Assembly: GCF_009914755.1 (NCBI RefSeq)
Contig: NC_060933.1
Origin: the human T2T-CHM13v2.0 reference genome, Homo sapiens
Length of the DNA: 64,000 nt
Direction: 5' to 3' (one strand)
This document shows, one piece after another, positions 12,661-27,230 of the stretch (positions are counted from its first letter, which is position 1; each line of letters starts with the position of its first letter). A program made the translations under genes and the position numbers. The notes beneath the pieces are model-generated. The model made no database searches. It saw nothing but the letters and a program-made list of their open reading frames with translations, and was not told the DNA's origin.

Positions 12661-12949
12661 AAAATGGATGTGGGTATCAAAAAATTGTTTTTATTATTGA
12701 AGAATTTGGGACTACTGTCTTGCACAAGTGACCTAGGAGATATCGACACTTTCTCACTCTCCAGGTCCAGTCCTGTTAATACTACTTGCTTTATATTTTA
12801 CAAATCTAGTCCTTTGTATCCAACCCTGCTGCTGCTGCCTTGGCCCAGGGTGTCCGTATCTGTCCAGTTGATTATTCTAATAGGATTCAAATTTGTTTCC
12901 CCTAAAGGGCAATTCGTATCGTGCCACATCTCTCCTTAAAATACTGTAA

Positions 12950-13262
<313 letters not shown>

Positions 13263-13770
13263 AATGTGTCTCTAATTCTGAAAGTAAATATAAATCCCGG
13301 TTGGCCTGGACACTCTCAGTTTATACCTTTTCTCCCAGAGTAATTATTAGTAGCACCAACTCTCATTCTTCAAAGTTTCCTAGTTTGGCAAATCATACAG
13401 TGACGCTTAGGCATTTAGTTTCAAATTCACACTCTAGCGAGTTAGACAAATCCCTTCTAGGCCTAGATTCCTCCACCCTTGATTGCCCCCATCCTCCACT
13501 CTATGTATTTTTTTTGCATACGTACATATTTCCAGTATTTTTAAAGCAAAAACACCCTGCCTTCATTGTCTTTTCTCTTGGTTTGTATATACTTCCCCCA
13601 CTATTTCTTCCCACAGCTAGCTTGTGTATGATCTTCAAATTTCAGAACAGGTTCCACATCCTTCTAGAATACTTTCCTGCCCTAAACTTAAGTTGTGTGC
13701 CTCTACTTGTAATACCATAGTTCTTTTTTATTTCCAATAACTAACACAAAGCCAGAAAATGTTGAAGGCT

Positions 13771-13877
13771 AGAAGGCAGGAAGGAAGAGAGGCAGGAAGG
13801 CAAGAAACAGGTAAGAGAGAAGAAGGAAGGACGGAAGGACGGCAGGAAGGGAGGGAGGGAGGGAGGGAGGGAGGGGA
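13771..13877. repeat. Purine-rich (GGAA/GGGA)n low-complexity tract
   Basis: Directly visible; ends in a pure (GGGA)n run. Confidence 0.9.
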
Positions 13878-14432
13878 TTTGTCTTACATATGGAAGATAT
13901 TTCATAAATTTGACTATCATCAACATATAGTCTTTACTCTAACTTAATTACCATATTCATTATAAGAATGATGAGTAATTTCTAGTCTAAAATAATCTAT
14001 TTTCTGACTGATATTTTGTCTTATTCTTAGAGCCCTGTAATACAATTGATGAGATCAGTTCCATTTATTTTACTGGTAAAGAAACTGAGACTCTCACCCT
14101 TTCTAATTGCTTTCAAGCAGCAGTTTTGCATCATTATTGGATTAAAACGAAGGTATACCTAGGATGCAGCTATGAATTCATATTTTAATACTCTGATGGA
14201 TGACAACTGATTATAAGCTGCAGTTTCTCAATTTGTATTATCACAGATACTTCACTCATAGGCCTTTAGTCAAATCTATTTCCCAAGGATAGCTAAATTT
14301 AATTTATAGGTTTGTGCATTTCAAGTTAAAGGATGGATATTTGATATCAGAGAAGAGCTACTGGCCTGTATTATGCCAAATAGTAACGGAAATGAAAAAT
14401 GGTCAAAATGAGGCTAAAGTTTTCTGGGACAT

Positions 14433-14925
14433 TGTGCTGATTGTTTTGCATTTCCCCTATACTTCTCCAAGGTTCATTCTCTGCCTTTCCCTCCTCTGCA
14501 CTTTCCCTGGGAGTCTGACATTGATGGACTCCATCTACCAGGCTTCCCTGACCAAAATCTTCCAGTTGGTTTGGACGCTGGAGGCACAGGCAGGCAGACA
14601 ATCCAAAGGGAGGAAGCCAGAGAATATAGGTTTTCTTATCTGCTCCTTTTCTGTTTCCTTGCCATGCCTCTGGCTGTAGCTGTGACTCTCTATGTCTATA
14701 GGCTCCACCTGCAGCCACTTCTCAATAGGTTCGGCTCCCACTGGGGTGAGATAATTCATTTTTCTTCCCTTGTCCATTTGATTTTAGGGTGATATTGTTT
14801 TCTTCCACTTCTCATCTCTGGGTGGCTCACCATCCCTATTTCTCCCCTTATCCCTCCCTAGTATATGTAACTCTTTCATTACATTCTCTTTGGGATGATT
14901 TCTGTTTCCTGATGGGATCCTGATT
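14433..14925 (+). mobile_element. ERVL solo LTR, LTR33-like
   Basis: CTGGGAGTCTGAC..ATGGACTCCATC..CTTCCAGTTGGTTTGG..; 3' end TCTGTTTCCTGATGGGATCCTGA. Confidence 0.6.
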
Positions 14926-15291
14926 TAAAGGGGAACAATGTCTTCATTTCTGCTAATAATCAAAACTTAATAATTAAGATTCACAACATCCTTGACACAA
15001 AAATTAATTAGGTGAGATTCTATCCAGCAGCAAATAATAAAATGCTGTGCTCAAAAGCCTTACATGAATCAGTTTATTCATTTAATATAACAAGAAGTCT
15101 GGAGGTGTATGGCTACTGATATTAATTTTGGACTCTATGATGTAAGTTCTGACATATCTTTGGCTCACTGTGTCTTTATTTCAGGATCACATGATGACTG
15201 TGCTACCTCCATCCGTCACATCTTTATTCAATCAGGAAAAGAGAGAAGAGAGGTCATAGCAACCATGTCTATCCATCTTAGTAACAATTTA

Positions 15292-15587
<296 letters not shown>

Positions 15588-15635
15588 AGAATTTAGTTTT
15601 CTGGAGGCTACTCTCACAGACTTATGCTTAGCATC

Positions 15636-16055
15636 TGTTATAAGGTGAATTGTGTCCTCTTAAAAGTAACAGGTTAAAACCCTAACCCCCAGTACCTCAG
15701 AATGTAACTCTATTTGAAGATAGAGGCAATAAAGAGGTAATTATGGTTAAATAAAGTCATCTGGGTGGGCCTTCATTCAATCTGAGCTGTATTCTTTAAA
15801 AAGAGGGAAATTTGGACACGTACACAAGACACCAGAGATATTCACACACAGAGGAAAGACTATGAGGGGATGCAGGTAGAAGGCAGCCTTCTGCAAGTTA
15901 AGGAGAGAGACTTCAAAATAAAACAAAATAAAACCAACTCTACTGACACCTTGATTTTGGACGTCCAGCCTCCAGAACTATGAGAAAATAAATTTCTGTC
16001 ATTTAAGCAACCTGTCTGTGGTATTTTGTTACGACAGTCCTAGCAAACTAATACA
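15636..16055 (+). mobile_element. MaLR solo LTR, MLT1A/B-like
   Basis: TG...CA termini; CCTAACCCCCAGTACCTCAGAATG and GCCTCCAGAACTATGAGAAAATAAA motifs; perfect 5-bp TSD GCATC. Confidence 0.85.
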
Positions 16056-16411
16056 GCATCTTTTTGGTTGGAATTATGTTTTCAGACATCCCAGCTGTCA
16101 GGAAGACTGAGGAAATATCTAGATTTCCAGATATTTAAGGGAGGGACAGCAAGAAGGAAGTTGAGGTCGAGTAGCCACACCACAATGTTTGCCTCAGAAA
16201 ATGTTCTTGTGATGTCATTTACACTGAATTGAAACATTTTATTGAGATAAACAAATCTCACCACAGATGTTAACTATAATAAAGCTCTTATTTTACTCTT
16301 TTATTGCTTCAAATAAAATAGATCCTTCAGATCAAAGAGATACAGGAAGGGAGTTGACCACTTGTGAAAGAAAGGCATAAACAGGATTTGATGAAGTGTT
16401 TGCTATCAATG

Positions 16412-16842
16412 GTACATCAGTCCATTCTCATACTGCAATAAAGACATACCTGAGACTGGGTGATTTATAAAGAAAAGAGGTTACATTGGCTCACAGTTCT
16501 GCTGTACAAAAACATAGTGGCACCTCCCTGGCTTCTGCAAAGGCCTCAGAAAACTTACAGTCATGGAGGAAGGCTAAGGGGGAGCAGACACCAGACACAT
16601 CACATAGCCAGAGCAGGAGGCAGAGTGAGATGAGGGAGGTGCTACACACTTTTAAACAACCAGATCTTGTGATAACTCACTCACTCACTATTGTGACAAC
16701 AGTGCCAAGCGGGATGGTACTAAACCATTCATGAGAAACTGCCCCCATGATCCAATCACCTCCCACCAGGCCCCATGTCCAACTTTGGGGATTGCATTTC
16801 AATATGAGATTTCAGTGGGCACTACAGATCCATACCCTATCA
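16412..16842 (-). mobile_element. MaLR solo LTR, MSTA-like
   Basis: ATACCTGAGACTGGGTGATTTATAAAGAAAAGAGG, CCCCCATGATCCAATCACCTCCCACCAGG. Confidence 0.85.
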
Positions 16843-17369
16843 AATGAAGAGAAATGTATTATACTAGCTTTCACCACAATTCCTTTTAGAAAAATACACC
16901 AACAGGCAACAGAAGAGACAGTCAAGTGTCTGCATGAACAAGTGAGAGGAATATGTAATGCAACTGGGAGTGAGGAGAAGGGAAAAGAGAATAAAGCAGC
17001 ATAACGAGGAGATAAATACAGGACCAATGTTTATGAAGGAAGGTTGGGCACCAGGTACAGTGAAGTAATCAATGCCCATTGAGAAACTACAGTAGTTGAA
17101 CAACCAACAGAATGAGATTAGAAATGTCTAATATATCCTCTGAAAAATTTCTAACATAGACAATTATTTCCTTTTCAGGTTTATTTTAAGGTGGAATGAC
17201 ATTTAAAGAAAGGGTTCCTGTTTTGTATTTTTCTTAGCACAAGGGTAAGGAAATACCATTGCAAGAGTCATAGAACAAGAAAAAAATTTAGTAAAGAAAG
17301 GAAATAAGAATTATAAGTGATCATGAGAATATAAGCATTTATCTTAGAGAGAGTTTTGAACATCAACAG

Positions 17370-17894
17370 TGTGATAGGCAGAATAACAGTTTCCAAAAAT
17401 ATCCACATCCTAATCTCTGGAACCTATGAAATGTTAGGTTACATGAAAAAGAAGAATTAAAGTTGCAGATGGAATTAAGGTTGCTAATCAGCTGATATTA
17501 AGATAAGGAGATTGTCTTGGATTATCCAAATGAGCTCAGTGTAGTCACAAGTTTTTTTTAAGAATAGAGGAGGAGGCAGAAGAGGCAGTCAGAGTAATGC
17601 AATGGTAAAAGAACTCAGCCTGCACTCTGGCTTTTGAAGATGGAGGAAGGGGCCACAAGCCAAGAAATGCAGGTCCCCTCTAGTAGCTGGTAAAGTCAGA
17701 AAATGGACTCCCCAGCTTGAGCCTCCAAAAGGAAATGTAGCCCTACATTTCTTACAGAAGTCTGACATGGTTGAACCAGGTTAAAATCAAGGTGCTTATT
17801 TTATCATTACAGAACTGTAACATAAAAATATTGTGTTGCTTTAAGCTACTTAGTTTGTACTAATTTGTTTCAGCAGCAAAAGAAAACTCATACA
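17370..17894 (+). mobile_element. MaLR solo LTR, MLT1D-like (contains a micro-inversion)
   Basis: GTTGCAGATGGAATTAAGGTTGCTAATCAGCTGA, TTTGAAGATGGAGGAAGGGGCCACAAGCCAAG; 3' end CAGCAGCAAAAGAAAACTCATACA. Confidence 0.8.
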
Positions 17895-17959
17895 CACAAC
17901 TTAAAGGGTGGAAATTCAGAGGACTGCATTTTTATCTATATCATCCTTTCTTAACCAGT

Positions 17960-18210
17960 GGTTGAGAAGCCTCTCTTCCACAACTGCAGCTCTCACTGGG
18001 TTCTGGTAACACCATGAGGGCCTTTGCCCATTTTAGCTCTGAGGGTATTCAGCTCTAAGAACTCCAGCTGTTGCTGTCCCTGGGAGCTTCACCAACCTTT
18101 ATTGATTCCCTAAATCATGCCCATGACTTTGTAAATAGACCCTTCATTCATTTCTCTTTAGGTAAGTCTTAAATGGACCAGCTCTTTCCCCTAGAGACCC
18201 AGACTAATAT
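17960..18210 (+). mobile_element. LTR33-like 3' fragment
   Basis: GCAGCTCTCACTGGGTTCTGGTAACACC...CTTTGTAAATAGACCCTTCATT...GACCCAGACTAATA. Confidence 0.55.
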
Positions 18211-18804
18211 TCTTGGCCTCTTTGTCAGAAATGTCTTCTAAAAGATATTCAACAACATATCTACAGGTTCCTGACTTTTGCCTTTCTGAGGCTAAAACAA
18301 GCATCTCACTTGAGAAAAATCACCACTTGTTTAACTTTTACATAAAGAGAGGATATATCTGGGGTTTTTATTGAGAGCCACACTAAGTGAGATTGGCAAT
18401 TCAGTATACCAGTAGAAGAAGAGAAAAGCTATTTACAGATTTTTCAGGGCTCAAGACAGTATGTCTTAAGAAGAAAAAAATCCCCATCAGTAAATGGGGA
18501 TCATAAGCTTTTTAACTAGTAACTTCTAAACCCCTATTCTCGAACAAAGTATCAATCAGTCCATGGAAAACTAAAAATATGTTTAATTAAACCCATTGCT
18601 GATCTACTGGTTTGTCTTAGAAGTTCAAAGTGTTTTTAGGTCTAACTTTAATTCAATTATAATCTAATTTTTATTCAAGAAAGCTATATTGAGTAATTTA
18701 TTTATTTGTCTTTGCTACATATAATCTCTGGTACCAGGGTTGCGGGTCATTCTGAATTTGGAACTAATGAGTTTTACTTAAGAGATCTATGGAACTAAGC
18801 AAGT

Positions 18805-19765
18805 GGAATTTAGCAATGTATAGAAAGAATTAAAACTATGACCAAGTACAGTTAATTCCAAGTTCCCCAAAGTCTGGTTCAACATTTGAAAATTAATTAA
18901 TCTAACTTGCCATGTTAACAAAGAAGAAAAATCAGTTGATCATATCAATTGATGCAGAGAAAGCATTTGACAAAATCCAGCAATGATTCATGATTTTAAA
19001 ACTCTCAAACTAGAAAGAGAGGGGAATTTCTAAAACTTTACAAAGAACACCTACAAAACACTTAAAAATAATATCATTTTTGATCATGAGAAACTAGACC
19101 CTGTTCCTCCAAGATTGGAAACAAGGCAAGGATGTCCCTTTCACTACTCCTATTCAACACCATATGCTAAGTCCTAACTAAGGTAATAAGACAAGAAAAC
19201 AAAATAAAAGGTATACAGATTAGAAAGAATAATACTGTTTTCATTTGTTTGTTTTTGCAAGTGACATGATTGCCTATGTAGAAAATCCCAATGAATCAAC
19301 AATAAATCCTGTAACTAATAAGCAATTAAAACAGAGCTGCAGGATACATAAAATTGCTTTTTTACATACCAACAATGGAAAATTTAAATTTGAAATTAAA
19401 AACACAATACCATTTATATCAGCACTCAAACAAGAAGCACTTAGGAATAAATCTAATAAAACTGTGTATAGGATCAATAGAGGAAAGATCCAGAATAGTC
19501 AACATGATACTGAAGAGGAAAAGAACAAAATGGGAGAACTATACCACATGAATTACTATAAAGCTACAATAATCAATACTGCATGGTTTGGGTGAAAAAA
19601 GCTGGACATATCAATGGAACATAAGGAGCCCAGAAATAGATTAACACAAATATAGCCAACTGATCTTTGACAAAAGAGGAAAGAGAATTCGACAGAGAAA
19701 GTAATCTTTTCAACAAATAGTGCTGTGACAACTATATAGCTACGTGCAAAAAATAAATCTAGACA
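18805..19765 (+). mobile_element. Old L1M ORF2 (reverse transcriptase) fragment, decayed
   Basis: Translatable RT motifs IDAEKAFDKIQ, TRQGCP and FASDMIAYVENP (FADDMIVY-like), with stops and frameshifts. Confidence 0.85.
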
Positions 19766-19939
19766 TGATTGTGAAATTTGATGAGGGTAAAACAAAAACA
19801 GCTAGTGACAAGCCCTGTTAATACTGCACACATCTAGAAACCTTGTGTATGACTGTAGCTCCTATTAACACTATTGTTATCAATTTTAGAGTTAATGTGG
19901 TCTAGGCCTTTGAAAGATGACATGTTATCTTGGAATTAA

Positions 19940-20140
19940 CAACATTGTGATATAGTTGATGATATTTAAGTTATATCATTTAGTACTGGGAATCTTTAGT
20001 ACTGGGAAAATTGCTTAATATCACTGAGTAATGTTTTCTCATCTAAAAAATGGATATAAAGATATTGTCTTCCATTTCTGACATGGCCATGGAAATCTAA
20101 TTCAACAATGCATGTGAGACAATAACCACAATATAAGCAC
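19940..20140 (+). mobile_element. MIR
   Basis: GTTTTCTCATCTAAAAAATGG core. Confidence 0.5.
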
Positions 20141-20369
20141 CTGTTTGAATTAGGTTAACCTCAAGAAATAGCGATATGAATTTAAAACCAGTAGACTTAG
20201 GAAACATTGTCAGTGATATGTCCATTGTATCCCTAAGAACCACGCATATAAAATAGCATTTGAGAAATATTTCTTGGCATATGGGACTGGGTAAAGTTTT
20301 ATTTTCCCTTACAAAATAATACCCCTTCCACTTAAGCAAACAATAATTTCTCATATATAATTAGATTAT

Positions 20370-20832
20370 GATTCAGAAATTTTTATGGCCTTTTCAGTGC
20401 CACCTCCATGGAAGTAGACAGTTTCTCTGTCTCTTGACATTGGGTCTGACCATATGATTTACTCAAGCAATGGAATGTTAGTAAACATGGCAGAACCAAA
20501 GGCTTACAAGTACCTGTGATATTGGGCCTGGCTGTTTGACCCTTGCATTGCCATGAGAACATGATCTGGCTTAGCCTACATATCCAAGGAGGCTGAGAGA
20601 TGCTGGAGTATTTTCTGTTTCACACCTGCAACTTGAAACAGAAAATAACAGACACTACAGTTCAGATCAGCTAAAACCCAGTCAAAACATAGATTTTAGC
20701 TCAGCTGAGGTTAACAGAATTGCTTAAGCTCACCCACAGATGCATAATAAGTAAATAGCATGAGCCACCAATATGTTATGGTTCTTTCAATGCTGTTATA
20801 CTTCAATGCTTTGGCAACAGCTACCTAAAATA
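20370..20832 (+). mobile_element. Old MaLR LTR (MLT1H-like)
   Basis: CTTGACATTGGGTCTGACCATATGATTT...CAATGGAATGTTAG...TGCCATGAGAACATG; 3' GGCAACAGCTACC. Confidence 0.55.
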
Positions 20833-21489
20833 CCATGTGTCTCATTTTACTTTTTTGTCTTCTAGGAAGCTCAGAAATTTGAAGCTCAGTTGTGTCTTTA
20901 AATTGTCTGTATATTTGGGCATTTATTTTACAGGATTTCAAGTTTTAAATTTTATATGCCTTTCTACTTTTTCAGATTCTGTATTTCTATTTTTAATTTA
21001 CCACTGTTTTATTGCTTGTGTTTTCTCCTAAGTTTCTCACATGCTTTTAGGAATAAAACAGAATATTCATGTAAAATGTTGAGCACTTAGTATGTGCCTG
21101 GAATTATAAATATGGGTAAAATGTCTTCCATATTCTTTAGGATGTTATAGTCTTATAAAAGAGATAGACATCTAACAATAGATATAATGGTATAATATAA
21201 AACTTATAACAATATAATATAATAGCAATAGATATAATAGCGTATAATGTGCATACAAATGTATATAGAAAGTATTTTGGTCAAGCATAAGAAGAAGCCA
21301 CCAATTATGCCAAGGACTCATAAAATCAGACCAGGAAGTCATCACAGAGTAATATTTGAGCTTGATTTTGAAATATAAAAATTTCATTAAACCTGGAATT
21401 AGAAAGCATTTTTTTTCAGGTAACTTGAAATAATTCGATTATAACTACAGTTTGTAATGTGAAGCAAGAAGGGACAAAAAAATTTTGTA

Positions 21490-22070
<581 letters not shown>

Positions 22071-22180
22071 AGGGAACAGGGACTCACTAAGGTTTTTAAG
22101 CAATGGAATATCATCCCAATGACTTTATAAGTGTTTTAAAATTCACTCAATAAGAGAATGTGAAAGAGACTGTCAATCCT

Positions 22181-22264
22181 ACATTAGATATTTAATATGC
22201 ATTTATTCACGTATAAACACACATTAGATATTTAATCTACATTTATTCATACATAAACACACAT
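22181..22264. repeat. 40-bp tandem duplication (2 copies)
   Basis: ACATTAGATATTTAATATGCATTTATTCACGTATAAACAC followed by a near-identical copy. Confidence 0.9.
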
Positions 22265-23116
22265 AAAAAGTGAGATTTTTTGTGACAATAAATAACAAAA
22301 ATTCATGTTTAAATAAAAAGTAATTATCATAACAGTAAGTGTAGACTTTAGCTACGCTTTTGCATAAAACGGATTGAAGAAATAAGCCTAAAAGATTCCT
22401 TTTCTTTAATTTTCAGAATTTAGAGTTTTCAGATCAGGCACAACATATTGAGTTCTACCCTTGAAAATTTGCACAGAGTTTCATGAAATGCCTGAGTCTA
22501 GAACTAGTGAAAAAACAAGAGAATAAAAAGTCATATGTTTGGTTTGAAGCTTTTGTGGCAGATTCATTCCCATTTATTTGTCCACATCCTCAGCAATAAC
22601 TTATTATTCATTGATAACAAAGATCAGTCAGGTTCAGTTATAAATCAAAATTTACAAATGGGATAGAATAGGGTTCCCTAGGCTGCTCTGGTTTTCTTTG
22701 ATCCCATTGTCAGTATGTATTTCTAGACAGTAGTGATAAGAATATTAGTCTTGATATTTTACCACTCATTATCTCTTCACCTATCAGCATCCAGTGTGTT
22801 GGAAATATCTTCAACACAATTGTAATTATAATACATTGACCTCAGTCTTTTTCATTCCTGAAGGGAGGGAGGGGCTGACAAGGGGCTAATTAAAACCTGG
22901 CACCAGGCATGAGTTTTGAGAGGTAAAACCAGAGGGGAGCATCCTCCCAGAGCTGAAAATTAATCACAAGGGATACCTTGTGGGATTAAAAAGGGAAATG
23001 AAACCACTTCAAGTTCAAAAGCCAGGAGGAGAAGTAAAGACAAGCCTGAGAATGGGGCAGGGCATCATCAGAGACAGAGGCAAGGAGGGTCCAGGATAAA
23101 TTCCTGGAAAGAATCA

Positions 23117-23533
23117 TGTATTCACCCATTCTTGCATTGTTATAAAGAAATACCTGCTATTAGGTAATTTATAAAGAAAAAAGATTGAATTGACTCACGG
23201 TTCTTCAGGCTGTACAGGAAGTATAGTGGCTTCTGCTTCTGGGGAGGCCTCAGGAAGCTTCCAATCATGGTAGAAAGCAAAGGGGGAGCCGCCATCCTAC
23301 ATGGCGGGAGCAGAAGAAAGACACAGTGAGGGGGGAGGTGCCACACACTTTAAACGACCAGATCTCATGAGAACTCACTCACTATTGCAAGGACAGCACC
23401 AAGGAGATGGTACTAAATCATTCACGGGAAATCTGCCCCCATGATCCAGTCACCTTCCACCAGGCCCCTCATTCAACATTAGGGATTACAATTTGACATT
23501 ACTTTAGTGGGGACACAGATCCAAACTAAATCA
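23117..23533 (-). mobile_element. MaLR solo LTR, MSTA-like
   Basis: GGGGAGGCCTCAGGAAGCTTCCAATCATGG motif; TG...CA ends; perfect 5-bp TSD AATCA. Confidence 0.88.
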
Positions 23534-24911
23534 AATCATAAACTCTACTGACATTAATATAAGTATGGTAGATGCATGAAGGTGTTGAACTGACTTCCAG
23601 CATGACAGCAAAAACTGTGTCTATTTTAGAGTGATCTAAAACTCATTTTACATATTCTTGGTTGATGACTGTGACCAACAGCAGTCTTCTTACCATATTG
23701 GCACTGGAAACATGCAATCATCCCATTTTCAGTCAAGTGGAATTCAGCACAAAATAGGTCTACTTTAAGCCAAGATCTTTAGTTATCAGGGGTTTCAGGG
23801 TTACAGGGGGACTTTGACCTATGAACCATTTTTTGGTGGGTTATCTTAGATCAACCCTGCCAAACAAATGTATATCAGCTCATGTATATTTTAAGGTACA
23901 TATTTCAAACTGCTATGAGTGATTTTTAAGAGGTGGGAATCCAAAAATTAATCTAATGATCTATGCTAAAGAAAAGAGATTAAATAAAAAGTTCAACTGT
24001 GTGACTCATCCCATGGTTTCAACCCATAAACACATGGAAATGTCATGTAGCTTGGCTGCCAATAGCAATCAATTTGACTGGGTGACCAACACTGGTTTCT
24101 GAGCTGCTTTGTAGGCCCTACAGGATGAACGTTAACAAGTTTTTACTGACAGTGACCTCTCTCAACCTCCTACAGCAACAAAATTGTCCTGACACATCAA
24201 GGAATTTTGGAGTTTCAGAATGAAGCTTCAGAGTCTTCCCACAACTATTCGCCAAACGTTAGTGGCAAATCCAAGATCTCATTAGTTAGGCTCCTCAAGG
24301 TGTAGAAACAGATGGTAGATAATATATGTCTATCCAACCTCCCTCAGAATTATATAGGTCTATTCCCTCAGGCACATAGGGACAAATTCTCTTTCCTTAT
24401 CTTCCTGTTTCAACCTTGATACTAAAATGTCTTTGCCCACTTTTCTTAATTGGATTTCTTCTAACCGCCCCCAACACACACATTGGCACACATCCTCTCT
24501 ATTCCCAGGGTAATATTTTGTGTAGTTCTTGACACTGATAACTTTGCACAAGAGCTTTAGTTTATCACACAGTTATGAGCAAACAAGTCAGGAGAAACTA
24601 AGAATTATTTTTAATTTTAGGGAATCCTTAGGGAAAGGAACTTTCTAAATATCTCATTAGGTTCCTTAACTACTCTTACATTTATTTGATAATAGTTTAA
24701 TTTTTTACTGGAATAGTCCATTAGCAAATCCTTCAGTTTTCAAGATTACATTTTAAACTTGAAATTTACTATGTTCTTGAAATTCAATGCTCTTTTCAAA
24801 ACTGTTTCTATATTCAACATATTAGCCTCCATCTTTTGTTGCAATCAAATATTTATTATTTTTTTTTTATTTTTCAACCTATCTGCTATTTCTGTAAGTT
24901 CAGGCTTTCCT

Positions 24912-25150
24912 AGTTGAAATGGAAAGAAAACTGAACTTGGAGTGAAAATGTCTGAGTATAGATACTAACTCTGTTGGTTTATATTTATGTGACCTTGGGA
25001 AATAACTTGAATACTTGCTTTAGATTCAGCTTCCTCATCTCCAAATGAGAATATGAAAACTTACATAGCTTATAGAATTTTCATAAAATTAAATTAGGTA
25101 ATACAAGTGAAAGTTCTTGGCAGGTATTGGGTGCTTGATAAATATTTGAC
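24912..25150 (+). mobile_element. MIR, near full length
   Basis: TGTGACCTTGGGAAATAACTT...CAGCTTCCTCATCT...GTGCTTGATAAATATT. Confidence 0.7.
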
Positions 25151-25387
25151 ACCATTCAATTTTGTGCTCTCCTTGCCCTTAACCTCGCTTCCAAAATGTT
25201 TAGGGCCACTATGATGTTAATATGCTTGCTCAGATAAGACGGAACTAAGCAATAAATTCATTAAGGCATTCATATTTTCTCAGGAAACAAATCCAAAACT
25301 TTTCTTCAAAACTGTGACTTTCCACAAGTCTAATGATTGCTGAGGATAATGGTGAAATTTAGACAAAGTTCCTCCAAAGGACGATGA

Positions 25388-25675
<288 letters not shown>

Positions 25676-25934
25676 AGGACAATGATTTTTTTTTTTTTTT
25701 TAAGGAAAGGGCAAAAGAAAAGTTGCTACTCTGAGAACATATCTGCTATTTACTATCTATCTACTCTTTGTTCACCAGCCCTCTCTCTTCTTTCCCCATC
25801 ACACTCCCCCCTCCTCCTCCCTTCTACTTCCATTCCCCAGCTCACATTTTTCCTACCTCCACAGTCCATAGATCCTCAAATGGAACTCTATGAATTTCAA
25901 AATCCAAGATCTTAGCAAATACCAGCTCATACCT

Positions 25935-26278
25935 GTAGCCCTTTGCAACGTTAAGTGCAGCCTGCAGGTGACCAGCATAATCATCAACCTGAAGCTCCTT
26001 AGAAATGCAGAATCACAGATCTCTAGAATTAAAATCTACAGTTTAACAAGATTCCCAGGTGATTCTTATGTACACTTAAGTTTGAGAAATATCGCCAATA
26101 GTTCTCAACTCTGGTTGCATGTTGAAAATCACTTGGAGAACTTTAAAAATGTTACATGTGTCTACTCCTAGCCCCCAGGAAAGATTCTGATTTAATTGGT
26201 ATAATGTAAGGCCTGAATATTAGTGCTTTTTAAAAGTTCCCAGGTGATTCTAATGTGCAGTCATCTTTGAAAGTCTCG
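25935..26278. mobile_element. Two adjacent MER5-like (hAT-Charlie) elements
   Basis: TTAGAAATGCAGAATC...TTTAACAAGATTCCCAGGTGATTC and GATTCTGATTTAATTGGT...CCCAGGTGATTCTAATGTGCAG. Confidence 0.7.
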
Positions 26279-26544
26279 CTCCTGCCCCAGGTGTGCTTTC
26301 ATGCAGTAATGCTTAGAAATACCTCAGCTCCCTTATCAATAAGGACTTAAATACTTAAACAGCTTTACTCATTTAGCAACATCAAAAAGGCTAAACAAAG
26401 AGATATACTCAAAAACCCTCCCTGTATTATTACTTACAACCGCATGTGAGCATACAATTAAAAAACAGATAACAATTTTTAAAGTTCACATGGACACACA
26501 CATTTTGTTCTGCATATTTGTATAATAAAACCTAGGTCTACAGA

Positions 26545-27230
26545 CTCACATATCTCCTATTGCCATTTAAAAAAAATAAATACAGTTACATTAAAGGACT
26601 CAGAGGATTCCAAATGAAAAGTGTAAGTCTCTCTTCTCCAATAAATCTATCTTCCCAAACATAATAACTATTAGTATTAACTTTCATCTTCTAGAAAAAA
26701 ATTATACCACATAGATTCTTTTTTATTTTCACAGACCACATTCTGTTCTTTATATTGATCTTTTCAGTATATTCCTTATTCTTCTCCATGACATGTTTTT
26801 CACCTCTTTGCTGATTTAAGTTCTAGTTTAATACAGGTCTTTTTGATTCTTCCCTAGTGATTTTTGTTCATTTTTCTACAGCACAATATTAAATGATTGG
26901 CCTTATACATCTATTGGCACAATTTAGTGAGAACATCTATAAAGTGTGTTTTAGTGTTATAATTCTTGGAACAAAAGGTACAAGAAATTTCAGTGTATAC
27001 ACGTGTTGTCAAATTGACACTAACGATGTACACATCCACTTTCTCAGCACCAGTATATGCTTTTGTTCTTAGCAGTTCAAAATATCATTGAACTTTTTAT
27101 TTGACTTTTGTCAATATGACAGATAAGAAATGAAATGCTATAGTTGCTTAACATATTACATTTCATGATGTATGAAGTCAAACATGTTTTCATATGTTTA
27201 CTGTTTGTCTGCTTTTTTGTAAACTATACC
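26545..27230 (-). mobile_element. Old L1ME-like 3' fragment
   Basis: Degenerate antisense L1 3' motifs (GAAGTCAAACATGTTTTCATATGTTTA). Confidence 0.45.

Noticed and set aside
19245-19595. ORF with an RT-like FASDMIAYVENP motif (and similar ORFs at 60941-62935)
   Set aside because: Decayed L1 ORF2 fragments with stops and frameshifts; not a novel reverse transcriptase system.
22870-23730. Purine-rich sequence around the MSTA LTR that may be an older LTR (similar case at ~28750-29100)
   Set aside because: I could not assign it to a family with any confidence without a Dfam search.
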